IMG/VR virus record: IMGVR_UViG_3300007735_001031 | Span: 1-64,000 of that record | Origin: a virus | Length of the DNA: 64,000 nt | Reading direction: 5' to 3' (one strand) | In this document: one piece after another, positions 32,581 to 41,234 of the stretch | Layout: the number at the start of each line of letters is the position of its first letter | How positions within the stretch are numbered: the first letter of the stretch is position 1 | Position numbers and translations under genes: made by a program | Notes under the pieces: model-generated | Told to the model about the DNA's origin: nothing | Database searches by the model: none | Seen by the model: the letters and a program-made list of their open reading frames with translations, nothing else

Positions 32581-33315
32581 TCAAGTCTCATCAGGAAATT
32601 TTCCTATATAACCAGCATTTCTATAAAATTTCTTAAACATTTCAAGTTTTACATTAATTTTTGGATATGATTTTAATGTTTTCATCAATTCAGTTCTAAT
32701 AAATAAAGTTTCAGCGTAAGTATTGAAATCGTTTTCTTCATTTGTTTTTCCATAGTTATACATAAACCCATCAGAATTAATAGAATTATCGCTTGTGTAT
32801 GCAAAATAAAAATCTGTTAAACAATGATCATTAAATTCACTGGAGAAGTCGTATTTACTGCGAGAAATAGCTTTCCATTTTAAAATTAATTCGTATTGGT
32901 TTGCTTTAAAAACATCACTAGAGAACTCATGATGAAGAATTCTCAGATAAACTTCTGTGAGATCACCACTATAATTATCTAAACAAACAAATATCATCCT
33001 ACCATCACTAAGACCCCCTATATCAATTCCATTCTTTTTTAAGTTTTCAACCAATACAATCTGATCAATATGTTTTCTTAAAAAGCTGGTATCATAAGAT
33101 GATATGAATTTTTTTAAGTAAGGAAAAAATATATCTAACTTATTTTTAGAGGCCCTTGTTCCATAAATATTTGATGCATATTCGCGAGTTTTATTTGGAT
33201 TGCATGATACTTTAATTCCTGATTCGGCTGAGTAAAGATCAATTTCTCTAGTACATTCATAAGCAAAAACATTCGCGGGCAATAGTAAAAGTAAAAATAG
33301 AATAATTCTAAACAT
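32581..33315 (-). CDS. exported zincin-like metallopeptidase
   Basis: signal peptide; LHHEFSS; YG.TN.ENDF. Confidence 0.6.
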   Translation of the reverse strand: MFRIILFLLLLLPANVFAYECTREIDLYSAESGIKVSCNPNKTREYASNIYGTRASKNKLDIFFPYLKKFISSYDTSFLRKHIDQIVLVENLKKNGIDIGGLSDGRMIFVCLDNYSGDLTEVYLRILHHEFSSDVFKANQYELILKWKAISRSKYDFSSEFNDHCLTDFYFAYTSDNSINSDGFMYNYGKTNEENDFNTYAETLFIRTELMKTLKSYPKINVKLEMFKKFYRNAGYIGKFPDET

Positions 33316-33671
33316 TATTTTCCTTTAAAATAAAATTGAACATAGATAATACAGATAACTAAAAGGGAAGTTATTATATTTCTATGTGTAAAAAATGGCT
33401 CATTAAAAAATATCTTTGATAGAGTATACATAGCCGGAAAAGAAGCGGCAAACATAATCCATCTTATCTGCCAAATGCTATGGGTTTCTTCAAATATATA
33501 TCTTGACGCCAGCCAAAATAATATGTTTGAAGGAATGCCAAAAAGAATGATTGCGTATAATGGACTGCTTTTCCATGACTCCCATAGAAACTGAGAGTTG
33601 CCGCCGAACCATGCTACACTGTGTCCTAGGATAGCTAGAAGGCAGCCTAGAAATAGTAGAGTATGATTCAT
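33315..33671 (-). CDS. four-TM small membrane protein (SMR/EamA-like topology)
   Basis: four hydrophobic segments. Confidence 0.7.
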   Translation of the reverse strand: MNHTLLFLGCLLAILGHSVAWFGGNSQFLWESWKSSPLYAIILFGIPSNILFWLASRYIFEETHSIWQIRWIMFAASFPAMYTLSKIFFNEPFFTHRNIITSLLVICIIYVQFYFKGK

Positions 33672-33997
33672 TAGTGAATACTTAGGCTAAAATTTGAAAC
33701 ACTTGTAAATAGTTTTTCGGCCTTATAGGTACTATTTTTGTATTCGTTAATTTTCTGCATAGTATCTTTAGTAATTAAGAAAGTATTTCCTTCTAATTCT
33801 AATATCTTTTCTATTTCTAGAAGATATTGACCAAGCCAAAAATAATACATATTCAAAGAAGTGAAAGAATAGAAATCATCGTGATTATAGTTTACAACTT
33901 CTTTCATGATTAATCTGACCTGGAGCATTAAATTCAGAGTTTTTTGTCTGGCATCCGCCAAAGCATCTCTCTGTATTTTAAACTTTGTGGTTTTCAT
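33671..33997 (-). CDS. hypothetical protein
   Basis: ORF track. Confidence 0.7.
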   Translation of the reverse strand: MKTTKFKIQRDALADARQKTLNLMLQVRLIMKEVVNYNHDDFYSFTSLNMYYFWLGQYLLEIEKILELEGNTFLITKDTMQKINEYKNSTYKAEKLFTSVSNFSLSIH

Positions 33998-34386
33998 TTA
34001 ACTTCAATAGATTGTTGCATTTCTTTTAATGATTTAATTGCTTCCATGAGATTGGATAATTTATCTGAGGCCGATGCTGTTTCAACTTTTTTCTCGACAG
34101 GTTTTTCTTTGGGTTCTTCTTGTTGCGGGGTTAAAGCTACGACATAAGCCTGTGTATTGTTTTTGAGATTACCAAGCATAGCATTGATAACTTTGATTAA
34201 TTGTTCAGATTGCTCGATTGCGGATAGCGTTTCCTCTATATTTCTATTTTTACAAGCAACAGAGGCGGCTTTAATCTCACACACTAAATCATTTGAAATA
34301 GATGCAAGTTCTTCCGCATCAAGATGGATTCTATCCATCAAAGTCTCTTTTTTAACAAGAGTTGAATAATAAGCTAAAGTTGACAT
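33994..34386 (-). CDS. hypothetical protein
   Basis: ORF track; coupled to groEL. Confidence 0.7.
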   Translation of the reverse strand: MSTLAYYSTLVKKETLMDRIHLDAEELASISNDLVCEIKAASVACKNRNIEETLSAIEQSEQLIKVINAMLGNLKNNTQAYVVALTPQQEEPKEKPVEKKVETASASDKLSNLMEAIKSLKEMQQSIEVK

Positions 34387-35957
34387 TATACCTCCACGAT
34401 TGCGTTATTTGTTGTAATCAACGTTGATACAACTGAAATAGAATTCTTTATGGCAGAGGTTGTAACTTTCACAGGGTCAATCACGCCTGCCTTGTACAAG
34501 TCTACCACCGTGCGCGTCTTGGTGTCAAGGCCGAGTCCGTCCTTTGACTTGATAACCTTTTCAGAGAGAATTTGTGCCGGAAGGTCAAGATTCTCACAGA
34601 TCTTTTCAAACGGAGCCGATAACGACTTGATAACAACATTGTAGCCGACAGCTTGATCCTCGGTTAGATCCTTTGGGACTCTAATAGCCTTAGAAGCCTT
34701 TAGAAGAGTTGTGCCGCCACCTGGGTGGGTTCCGGCCATTTGCGCTGATTTAACAGCCTCCAAGGCGTCCTCAATACGGTGTTTCTTTTCTACGACTTCT
34801 ACCTCACTTGAACCACCAACACGAATGGTTACAACACCACTGGCAAGTCTTGTAATTCTATCTTGGATTCTCTTACATTCTTCTAAGTCAGCAGTCTCTT
34901 TGATAAGTTCTTTAAGTTCTTCAGATCTTTTATCTATCTCTTCCGCCGATCCCTTGCCTCCGATAATCGCCGTTTGAGTCTTTCCAACTTCCACCGCTTT
35001 ACAACGGCCAAAATCTGCAAGCGTAAATTGGGAAAAATCCAAACCAGAGTCTCTAGTAAAAAACCTACCATTAGTAGCGACAGCAAGATCAGCCAAAACA
35101 TTTCTTCTTTCTTCTCCGTAGTAAGGGGCTTTCACGGCAACAATCTTCATGGAATTACGAAGAGCATTCATAATCAAAGCAGCTAATAGTTGTCCTTCAA
35201 CATCATCAGCAACAATAATTAAAGGTTTCTTTTCTCTAGCCGCAAGTTCTAAAACAGGCATGATTGGTTCTACATGCTCTAACTTCCAGTCAGTAATAAA
35301 CAAGAGACAATCATTATGCTTGGCTACTTTTCTCATTTCGTCAGTGATAAACTGAGAAGAGAGGTAGCCAGACTCAAAGATAAAGCCTTCGGTTAAGTCC
35401 AGTTCTGTTTCGTAGGACTTGGAATCCTCAATTGTGATCGCTCCATTCTTACCCGCCAGATCAACGGCTTTGGCGATTAGCTTACCAATAACTTTATCAT
35501 TATTGGAAGATACGGTTGCGATATTCTCAATATCTTCAATTGAGTTAATTGACTTTGACTTAGAATTGATAAAGGCGATTACATCGTCCTTTGCCTTTTC
35601 CATACCCCTTCTCATTTCAGTTGGAGAAATGCCGGATGAAAGATACTTCTGTGATTCCTTTAACATACGATACGCTAGGAGGGTGCTAGTAGTGGTCCCA
35701 TCCCCTGCTTCGTGTGCTGTAAGCATGGATACTTGCTTGAGAATCTGTGCTCCAGCATTCTCAAACGGATCTTCAAAATCAACAAAGCGAGCAACAGTTA
35801 CGCCGTCCTTTGTAATGATTGGTCTTTTATCTTTTTGTTGTAAGATTACATTTCTTCCACCAGGTCCAAGTGTGGAAGAAACAAGATTAGATAGTTTTTC
35901 TACGCCTAACAGGATCTTTTCCTGTAATTGTTTGTTGCCCTCGTAAGCCTTTCCCAT
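34386..35957 (-). CDS. groEL: chaperonin GroEL
   Basis: TLGPGGRNV, ITKDGVTVA, GDGTTT, GVIDPVKV. Confidence 0.97.
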   Translation of the reverse strand: MGKAYEGNKQLQEKILLGVEKLSNLVSSTLGPGGRNVILQQKDKRPIITKDGVTVARFVDFEDPFENAGAQILKQVSMLTAHEAGDGTTTSTLLAYRMLKESQKYLSSGISPTEMRRGMEKAKDDVIAFINSKSKSINSIEDIENIATVSSNNDKVIGKLIAKAVDLAGKNGAITIEDSKSYETELDLTEGFIFESGYLSSQFITDEMRKVAKHNDCLLFITDWKLEHVEPIMPVLELAAREKKPLIIVADDVEGQLLAALIMNALRNSMKIVAVKAPYYGEERRNVLADLAVATNGRFFTRDSGLDFSQFTLADFGRCKAVEVGKTQTAIIGGKGSAEEIDKRSEELKELIKETADLEECKRIQDRITRLASGVVTIRVGGSSEVEVVEKKHRIEDALEAVKSAQMAGTHPGGGTTLLKASKAIRVPKDLTEDQAVGYNVVIKSLSAPFEKICENLDLPAQILSEKVIKSKDGLGLDTKTRTVVDLYKAGVIDPVKVTTSAIKNSISVVSTLITTNNAIVEV

Positions 35958-36417
35958 TCATAGCCTCATTTATATATTTGATTAGTTGTTCTTGTAGTTG
36001 AATCTTGTCTCTATGTGAACGCGCAAGGTCAAGTGTATCAAAGAATTTCATTTTCGTCAAGCTGCCTTCTTCAATATCATTCACCAAGTCGTTTCCAGCA
36101 ACTTCCAAAACAAACTTACATGGGGCTTTAGGAGCATACGGTCCATTAGTTAAAGGCTGAACGTTTGGTAGATAATCTACAATCTGTCCGTGCTTACTGA
36201 TAAAAACCATATCCAAAGGAACATATGTATCCTTCATTTGAAAGGGGTGCTTATCTTCCTTGGGCATATCGAATAACATTCCGAAACCGTCGTCAAGTTT
36301 GTGTCTCTTTGAAAGACCTTTATATCTAGCCGCGTCATCCATAGCGACTTCAACTACATAATGTTTATCCCCAATACTAATCATACCAAATGGTTTTGTC
36401 AAGATCTTTTTTTTCAT
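35887..36417 (-). CDS. DUF192-domain protein
   Basis: GMLF, F.MKDT.VPLDMVFI, VLEV. Confidence 0.85.
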   Translation of the reverse strand: MKKKILTKPFGMISIGDKHYVVEVAMDDAARYKGLSKRHKLDDGFGMLFDMPKEDKHPFQMKDTYVPLDMVFISKHGQIVDYLPNVQPLTNGPYAPKAPCKFVLEVAGNDLVNDIEEGSLTKMKFFDTLDLARSHRDKIQLQEQLIKYINEAMNGKGLRGQQTITGKDPVRRRKTI

Positions 36418-37658
36418 GGTTGTTCTTCTTTTATAAAATACTGATCAAATTTAACAGTGGTCTCAGATAAATTATTCACTGTTTGATATCCCGTACTTTG
36501 ATCTCTGGTTGAGAAAAATTTATTCATTGTTTGCACAGATGTTTTTAATAAATTTAATACCTCAAACATTTTGCCAGATAAAGTCCTTCTATAATTTTCT
36601 ATGACTTTATTTAAAACTTCATCTCTTAAATCTAACTCTCCAGTAAAATATGAAGCTTCTGATGGTTTCGTTCTATCGGCATAGACCTTACTCATGAAAG
36701 CTGCGTTTAATGAATATTGTGTAGGGATAGTAAATTCTTCTTTCCCTGGTATAATTTCTCTGTATTTTTCTATAAATTTTAATGCTTGATATCTTCTTAA
36801 TAAATATTCTGGACTTTGATCTTGTATTTTGTCTAAACTAGGTATAAAAATTTGATTTGTATTTGGATCAAACATATCCTGAAGATTTTTAATAAACCTT
36901 TGAAAAGTATCTGCAGATCCTCTAAAATTTGCTGGTGGTATATAAGCTCTAAATTCTTCTTTAAAATTTTTTAATTCCAATTTCTCCAGGAACCCTTTGA
37001 GATTTAATTCAAAAGTAAAGAATCTATATATTCCCGGCGTTCTATCTTTTAAAATAATAATATAAAAATAATTTGGGGATTCTTGATAATATTCTATCAG
37101 TTGAGTAAAACTTCCTCCGACCTTTGGATCTTTTGATCTTGGATTATCTGGATCTCTTGCCGATAGTGTTTTTAATTGTACGCCACCTTTAAATACTTTT
37201 TGTGATTCAATATCAACAGCGCCATTGTTTGCCTCATTGGATCCGTCTATTAATTGTGCCATAATTGTTTCAGCTTGAAATCCCGCAACTGATTCGTCTG
37301 TATTTAAAAGATTTTCTCTTATTTCTTGTATCAACAAAAAAGACGAGAAAGCTCTTTTAATATTTCCTGCTCTAATTATTTTTTCTGGTCTCAACAGAAA
37401 ATCATTTACTTTATCAATTCTCTGGTAAAGAAATGGGGAATTTCCTTTAATGTTCTTTAATAGTTCTGTGTATTCTGTATAGGCTGCCGTCTTTTTTTGT
37501 TTTCCTTCGATTTCTCCTTTGCCTGCCTCAATATCAAGAGGGCTTGGAACAAATATTTTTGGAACATCCTCATTTAGTTTATTCTCAATCAATTTAATAA
37601 GAAGTTCATTTCCTTTCTTTGGAGCATAATAGTTGTCAAGCAGTTCTTCAAGATTCAT
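36414..37658 (-). CDS. putative virion-associated protein with PD-(D/E)xK-like segment
   Basis: LIENKLNE leader; AGFQAE..AVDI..VQLK. Confidence 0.6.
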   Translation of the reverse strand: MNLEELLDNYYAPKKGNELLIKLIENKLNEDVPKIFVPSPLDIEAGKGEIEGKQKKTAAYTEYTELLKNIKGNSPFLYQRIDKVNDFLLRPEKIIRAGNIKRAFSSFLLIQEIRENLLNTDESVAGFQAETIMAQLIDGSNEANNGAVDIESQKVFKGGVQLKTLSARDPDNPRSKDPKVGGSFTQLIEYYQESPNYFYIIILKDRTPGIYRFFTFELNLKGFLEKLELKNFKEEFRAYIPPANFRGSADTFQRFIKNLQDMFDPNTNQIFIPSLDKIQDQSPEYLLRRYQALKFIEKYREIIPGKEEFTIPTQYSLNAAFMSKVYADRTKPSEASYFTGELDLRDEVLNKVIENYRRTLSGKMFEVLNLLKTSVQTMNKFFSTRDQSTGYQTVNNLSETTVKFDQYFIKEEQP

Positions 37659-37696
37659 TGGAATACCTCTGGAGTAATTAGGTTCTTAACAACAAC

Positions 37697-37722
37697 AAAG
37701 CCCAGTTTTTAGGCTGGGCTTT
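37697..37722 (-). terminator. intrinsic terminator
   Basis: AAAGCCCAG/CTGGGCTTT hairpin followed by TGTTGTT. Confidence 0.7.
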
Positions 37723-37748
37723 GTCTGATTTCTAGGATTTAGGATAAC

Positions 37749-38687
37749 TTATTTCTTTTTGGCTTTCAAGGCTGCTGCTTTCTTTTTCTTCATCATCATT
37801 TCTTTCTTTTTCTTCGCAGCGGCCTCTTCTTCTTTCTTCTTTGCGGCAGCTTGCTTTTCTTTCATTAATTTTGCCTTAGCTGATGCTTTTGGATCCTTTT
37901 TCTTTGCTTCCATTAAGCGAGCCTTAACTCTAGCAGCTACTTTATTTACGAGACGATTGATTGCTTCTGCCATTGGGGCTGGGGCTGCCTCTGGAGCTGC
38001 TGGTGGAGGGGCTTCTGGGGCTGCTTCGCCTTCTGGTGCTTTTTCTTCGCCCGATTCTTCAACTGTTACCTCTACGCCTAATGTTTCTTGTACCAATTCA
38101 CCAAGTTTCTTTACAAACTCTTTAATCTTTGTTTCCATTTCATCACCACCGGCTCCTTCTGGTGCTGGTGGTAGTTCTGCTGGGGCCTCCTCTCCACCTG
38201 CTGGTGGGGGTGGAGCGTCAGCTTGTTCGAGTAGCTTCTTTAGTCTTTTCATGCTCTTGCGAACATTTTCTTGCATATATCCTTTGCAAGAACCTTCATG
38301 AATTTCTCCACATTTCTTACAAGCCATACCTTCTTCTAACTCATTTTCTTCGTGGGGATAAGCCTCTTCTAAAGATTCATTCTCTTCATAATCTTCTTCG
38401 CCTTCATCTAAAGATTCATTCTCTTCATCATCATAAGCCTCTTCTAAAGATTCATTCTCTTCATCATCATAAGCCTCTTCTAAAGATTCATTCTCTTCAT
38501 CATAGACTTCATCTAAAGCGTCTTCGCCTTCTTCTTCTTGATCGCCTGGATAGTATCTACCTTCATCGGAACCTGTATCGTGGTGTCCTTCTTTTAAGAA
38601 TGGATTTGCTAATGAACCAATACCAGCAAGACCCATCATTCTCATAGTCGTTGCTTCTGTTAATAATAAATCTTTACGTTTTGCCAT
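37749..38687 (-). CDS. putative prohead core/scaffold-like protein with ENESLEEAYDDE repeats
   Basis: acidic repeats, Pro/Ala linkers, Lys-rich tail; ACTATTTAT upstream. Confidence 0.7.
   Translation of the reverse strand: MAKRKDLLLTEATTMRMMGLAGIGSLANPFLKEGHHDTGSDEGRYYPGDQEEEGEDALDEVYDEENESLEEAYDDEENESLEEAYDDEENESLDEGEEDYEENESLEEAYPHEENELEEGMACKKCGEIHEGSCKGYMQENVRKSMKRLKKLLEQADAPPPPAGGEEAPAELPPAPEGAGGDEMETKIKEFVKKLGELVQETLGVEVTVEESGEEKAPEGEAAPEAPPPAAPEAAPAPMAEAINRLVNKVAARVKARLMEAKKKDPKASAKAKLMKEKQAAAKKKEEEAAAKKKKEMMMKKKKAAALKAKKK
38359..38503. repeat. intragenic ~36-bp tandem repeats
   Basis: TAAGCCTCTTCTAAAGATTCATTCTCTTCATCATCA units. Confidence 0.85.
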
Positions 38688-38730
38688 TATAGTTTCTCCT
38701 AAGAAATCATAATAAATAGTGATGAGTTTT

Positions 38731-38982
38731 CTAAAATGCCATTTCTTCTTCTAATTGATTCCAGCTTTGTTTCATTTTTGCTAAAGCTCTATCTTCTAAT
38801 TGTTTTATTCTTACATAAGATACGCCCAATCTCTTGGCTGTTTCTTCCAAAGTCAATGGACCATTTTTTCTTGCACATACTAACGTGCAATTTAAATCTT
38901 CTTCATAATTTATAAATTGATCACACTCAAAATTATTGCAAGGAACATTGTCTCTCTCGCAAATCTCATCACAACTTATCAT
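38731..38982 (-). CDS. stand-alone sigma70 region-4 HTH protein with Cys-rich N-terminus
   Basis: PLTLEETAKRLGVSYVRIKQLEDRALAKM. Confidence 0.8.
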   Translation of the reverse strand: MISCDEICERDNVPCNNFECDQFINYEEDLNCTLVCARKNGPLTLEETAKRLGVSYVRIKQLEDRALAKMKQSWNQLEEEMAF

Positions 38983-38989
38983 TTATTCC

Positions 38990-39328
38990 TCAGTCTGGCA
39001 TTGTTTCGTCAAGAAGATCATAGATTCCATCTATGTCGTCATCATTAAGATTATACAAAGATTCTGTTTTTTTAGCAAGCTCAGTCTGCTTTTCTATATA
39101 ATCTTTTTTACCACGACCTGAAATTTTATTTCTTTGTTTAAAGTTTTCTACAACAACTCTAACGTCTTTATCCCCGGCTAAATATGATTCCAAAAAGAAT
39201 CTAATAAGTTTTGCTGGATGTGGAATGTTCTCAAACTTAAAATTAGCTATTAGTTCGCCATATTCATATTCCGGCATATTACATATGATTCTTTTAGCAT
39301 AATTTTCAGAAAGCTTTTTCTTTTCCAT
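38990..39328 (-). CDS. hypothetical protein
   Basis: ORF track. Confidence 0.7.
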   Translation of the reverse strand: MEKKKLSENYAKRIICNMPEYEYGELIANFKFENIPHPAKLIRFFLESYLAGDKDVRVVVENFKQRNKISGRGKKDYIEKQTELAKKTESLYNLNDDDIDGIYDLLDETMPD

Positions 39329-39330
39329 TA

Positions 39331-39651
39331 TTATACCTTGAAGTGTTTCTTTATTTCTTTTGTTAAACTAACTTTATCAAAGCCTTCTTGTGGATAATCT
39401 AGTTCTTTAAACTTCTTACCGTGAATATAATAGAGCGTAGGAACGCCGTCTTTAATAAAGAGATCGGATAAATCTTCCTCTTCATTTACATCAACGTCGT
39501 AGAAATCTAGGTCAGGGAAAGACTTAGCAACAGCTTGATAATCTGGTTCCAAATCTACGCACACAGGACATCCATCGCTCTTAAATTTTATTACAGCTGG
39601 CTTGCCTCCATCAACAATTTCTTTGAATTTAAATAAATCAAGTTTCTTCAT
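39331..39651 (-). CDS. thioredoxin
   Basis: CPVC active site; GVPT cis-Pro motif. Confidence 0.88.
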   Translation of the reverse strand: MKKLDLFKFKEIVDGGKPAVIKFKSDGCPVCVDLEPDYQAVAKSFPDLDFYDVDVNEEEDLSDLFIKDGVPTLYYIHGKKFKELDYPQEGFDKVSLTKEIKKHFKV

Positions 39652-39901
39652 CTGGGAGTTGCTCCTTTACTTTATTGATACACTCTGGGCAGAACAATCT
39701 AACTAGTTTTTGTTCGCTCTTAACCACCACAACCCAAGTTTGCGCCATTTCTTTTGATTTCTTATCAAATGGTTTGGAACAAACATCACACTTATCAGGC
39801 AATCTATCAAACATACTTATCTGTTTGCCAAGATTTTTTTCAGCGTCTTTTCTTGCTTCTACTTGTTTTTGTCTTTTAATTTTATTTATTGGATTACTCA
39901 T
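39638..39901 (-). CDS. small zinc-binding protein
   Basis: CDVC...CPEC. Confidence 0.7.
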   Translation of the reverse strand: MSNPINKIKRQKQVEARKDAEKNLGKQISMFDRLPDKCDVCSKPFDKKSKEMAQTWVVVVKSEQKLVRLFCPECINKVKEQLPDEET

Positions 39902-39907
39902 AATAAT

Positions 39908-40354
39908 TTAGCATCCCGTCGAACCAAACCCGCCTTCACCGCGATTGGATTTGGTTAGAGTTTTTGAATATAATGGAACGTCGTTTGGTAGTTCTTCAAA
40001 TGAGGGAAGTTCTATTGGATAGACAAGAATTTGAGCGATCTTATCTCCTGGATAAATTTCTTGAGCACTACGACCAATATTATGAAGATTAATCATTAAC
40101 TCACCTTCGTAGCCAGAATCAATAATACAGGCACCAACAATTATGGAACGCTTGGCTGCCATTCCCGATCTGTTTTTAACTTCTGTAACGTATCCGAGTG
40201 GGGTGGCGATTTTAATTCCTGTTCCGAGGAGTTTTGACTCTCCAGCATATATGACAACAGCATCATCCCCAGCATAAAAAATATCAGCACCAGCATCGCT
40301 AGGATTTGATCTTTGTGGTAGTTTGGCATCTTCTCGAATCTTCTGTATAAACAC
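39908..40354 (-). CDS. dut: dUTPase
   Basis: AGAD, RSG, IDSGYEGE, RGEGGFGSTG. Confidence 0.95.
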   Translation of the reverse strand: MFIQKIREDAKLPQRSNPSDAGADIFYAGDDAVVIYAGESKLLGTGIKIATPLGYVTEVKNRSGMAAKRSIIVGACIIDSGYEGELMINLHNIGRSAQEIYPGDKIAQILVYPIELPSFEELPNDVPLYSKTLTKSNRGEGGFGSTGC

Positions 40355-40413
40355 AATAACCTCCTGATATGTTTAGTAGCAGGAGGTTATCATAGTTTTA
40401 TTAAGTTGTCAAA

Positions 40414-41181
40414 TTAAGTTGCAGAACCAGTAATATATACCCACCAACCTTTTGTTGTCGTGGTAGAGGAAGCGTGTGTTGCCGAAGAAGAGAACACAAT
40501 TCTTAGGACATTACTTCCACCTAACAAACTGGCGGTATTAACACTTGCAGACATATAAATTAATGTTGAAGATGTTAAAACAAGAGAAGCCGCAAATCTT
40601 GTAGCGGTAGAGGTGGCTGAGCCGGTGTAAATATCGACTCTATCGGATCCCGCAGAGGAAGAATTTACTTGACCAGCAAGAATGATCTTTAATTTTGGAA
40701 AATTTCCAGCTGCGCCAGTAATTGTTGTATCAAATGAAATAGAGGCCGTTCCATTTACACCGTCGCTCGTATAGTAAGGAGAGAAAGCTGCTTGTGGACC
40801 ATCGGTAGAATATATCATCGCAGGAACTAAAACATTAGTCCAAGCAGCATTTGCTGTTCCAACTCTTGACATTGAAAAATGCACAGTAGTTGAATTAACG
40901 CCAAATGTTGTTTCGCCACCAGACACTCCAGAGGCTCCATTTACACCAGTCCCTGACCAAACTCCATCCGCATTAGAAATTGCGTCAGATAATGGTCCAT
41001 AAGTGCCGTTTTGCGTGAATGGCGCAGAATATCCGCCACTAGCATAAAGACCTAAATTGATGAGATTATTTTGATTATCTGTATTGCCTCTATCATTTTC
41101 GGGGACATTTGTTTCGCCAATTGGATTTAGAGTATATAATCTTAATATATCTGCTTTTCTTTTTCTGTGTCCACTTGCCAT
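40414..41181 (-). CDS. putative structural protein (Ser/Thr/Gly-rich)
   Basis: composition; ACTATTTAT upstream at 41208-41216. Confidence 0.65.
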   Translation of the reverse strand: MASGHRKRKADILRLYTLNPIGETNVPENDRGNTDNQNNLINLGLYASGGYSAPFTQNGTYGPLSDAISNADGVWSGTGVNGASGVSGGETTFGVNSTTVHFSMSRVGTANAAWTNVLVPAMIYSTDGPQAAFSPYYTSDGVNGTASISFDTTITGAAGNFPKLKIILAGQVNSSSAGSDRVDIYTGSATSTATRFAASLVLTSSTLIYMSASVNTASLLGGSNVLRIVFSSSATHASSTTTTKGWWVYITGSAT

Positions 41182-41234
41182 TTATTAGTTCTCCTAAAAG
41201 TTCATTAATAAATAGTATGTGGAATTGATAAATA

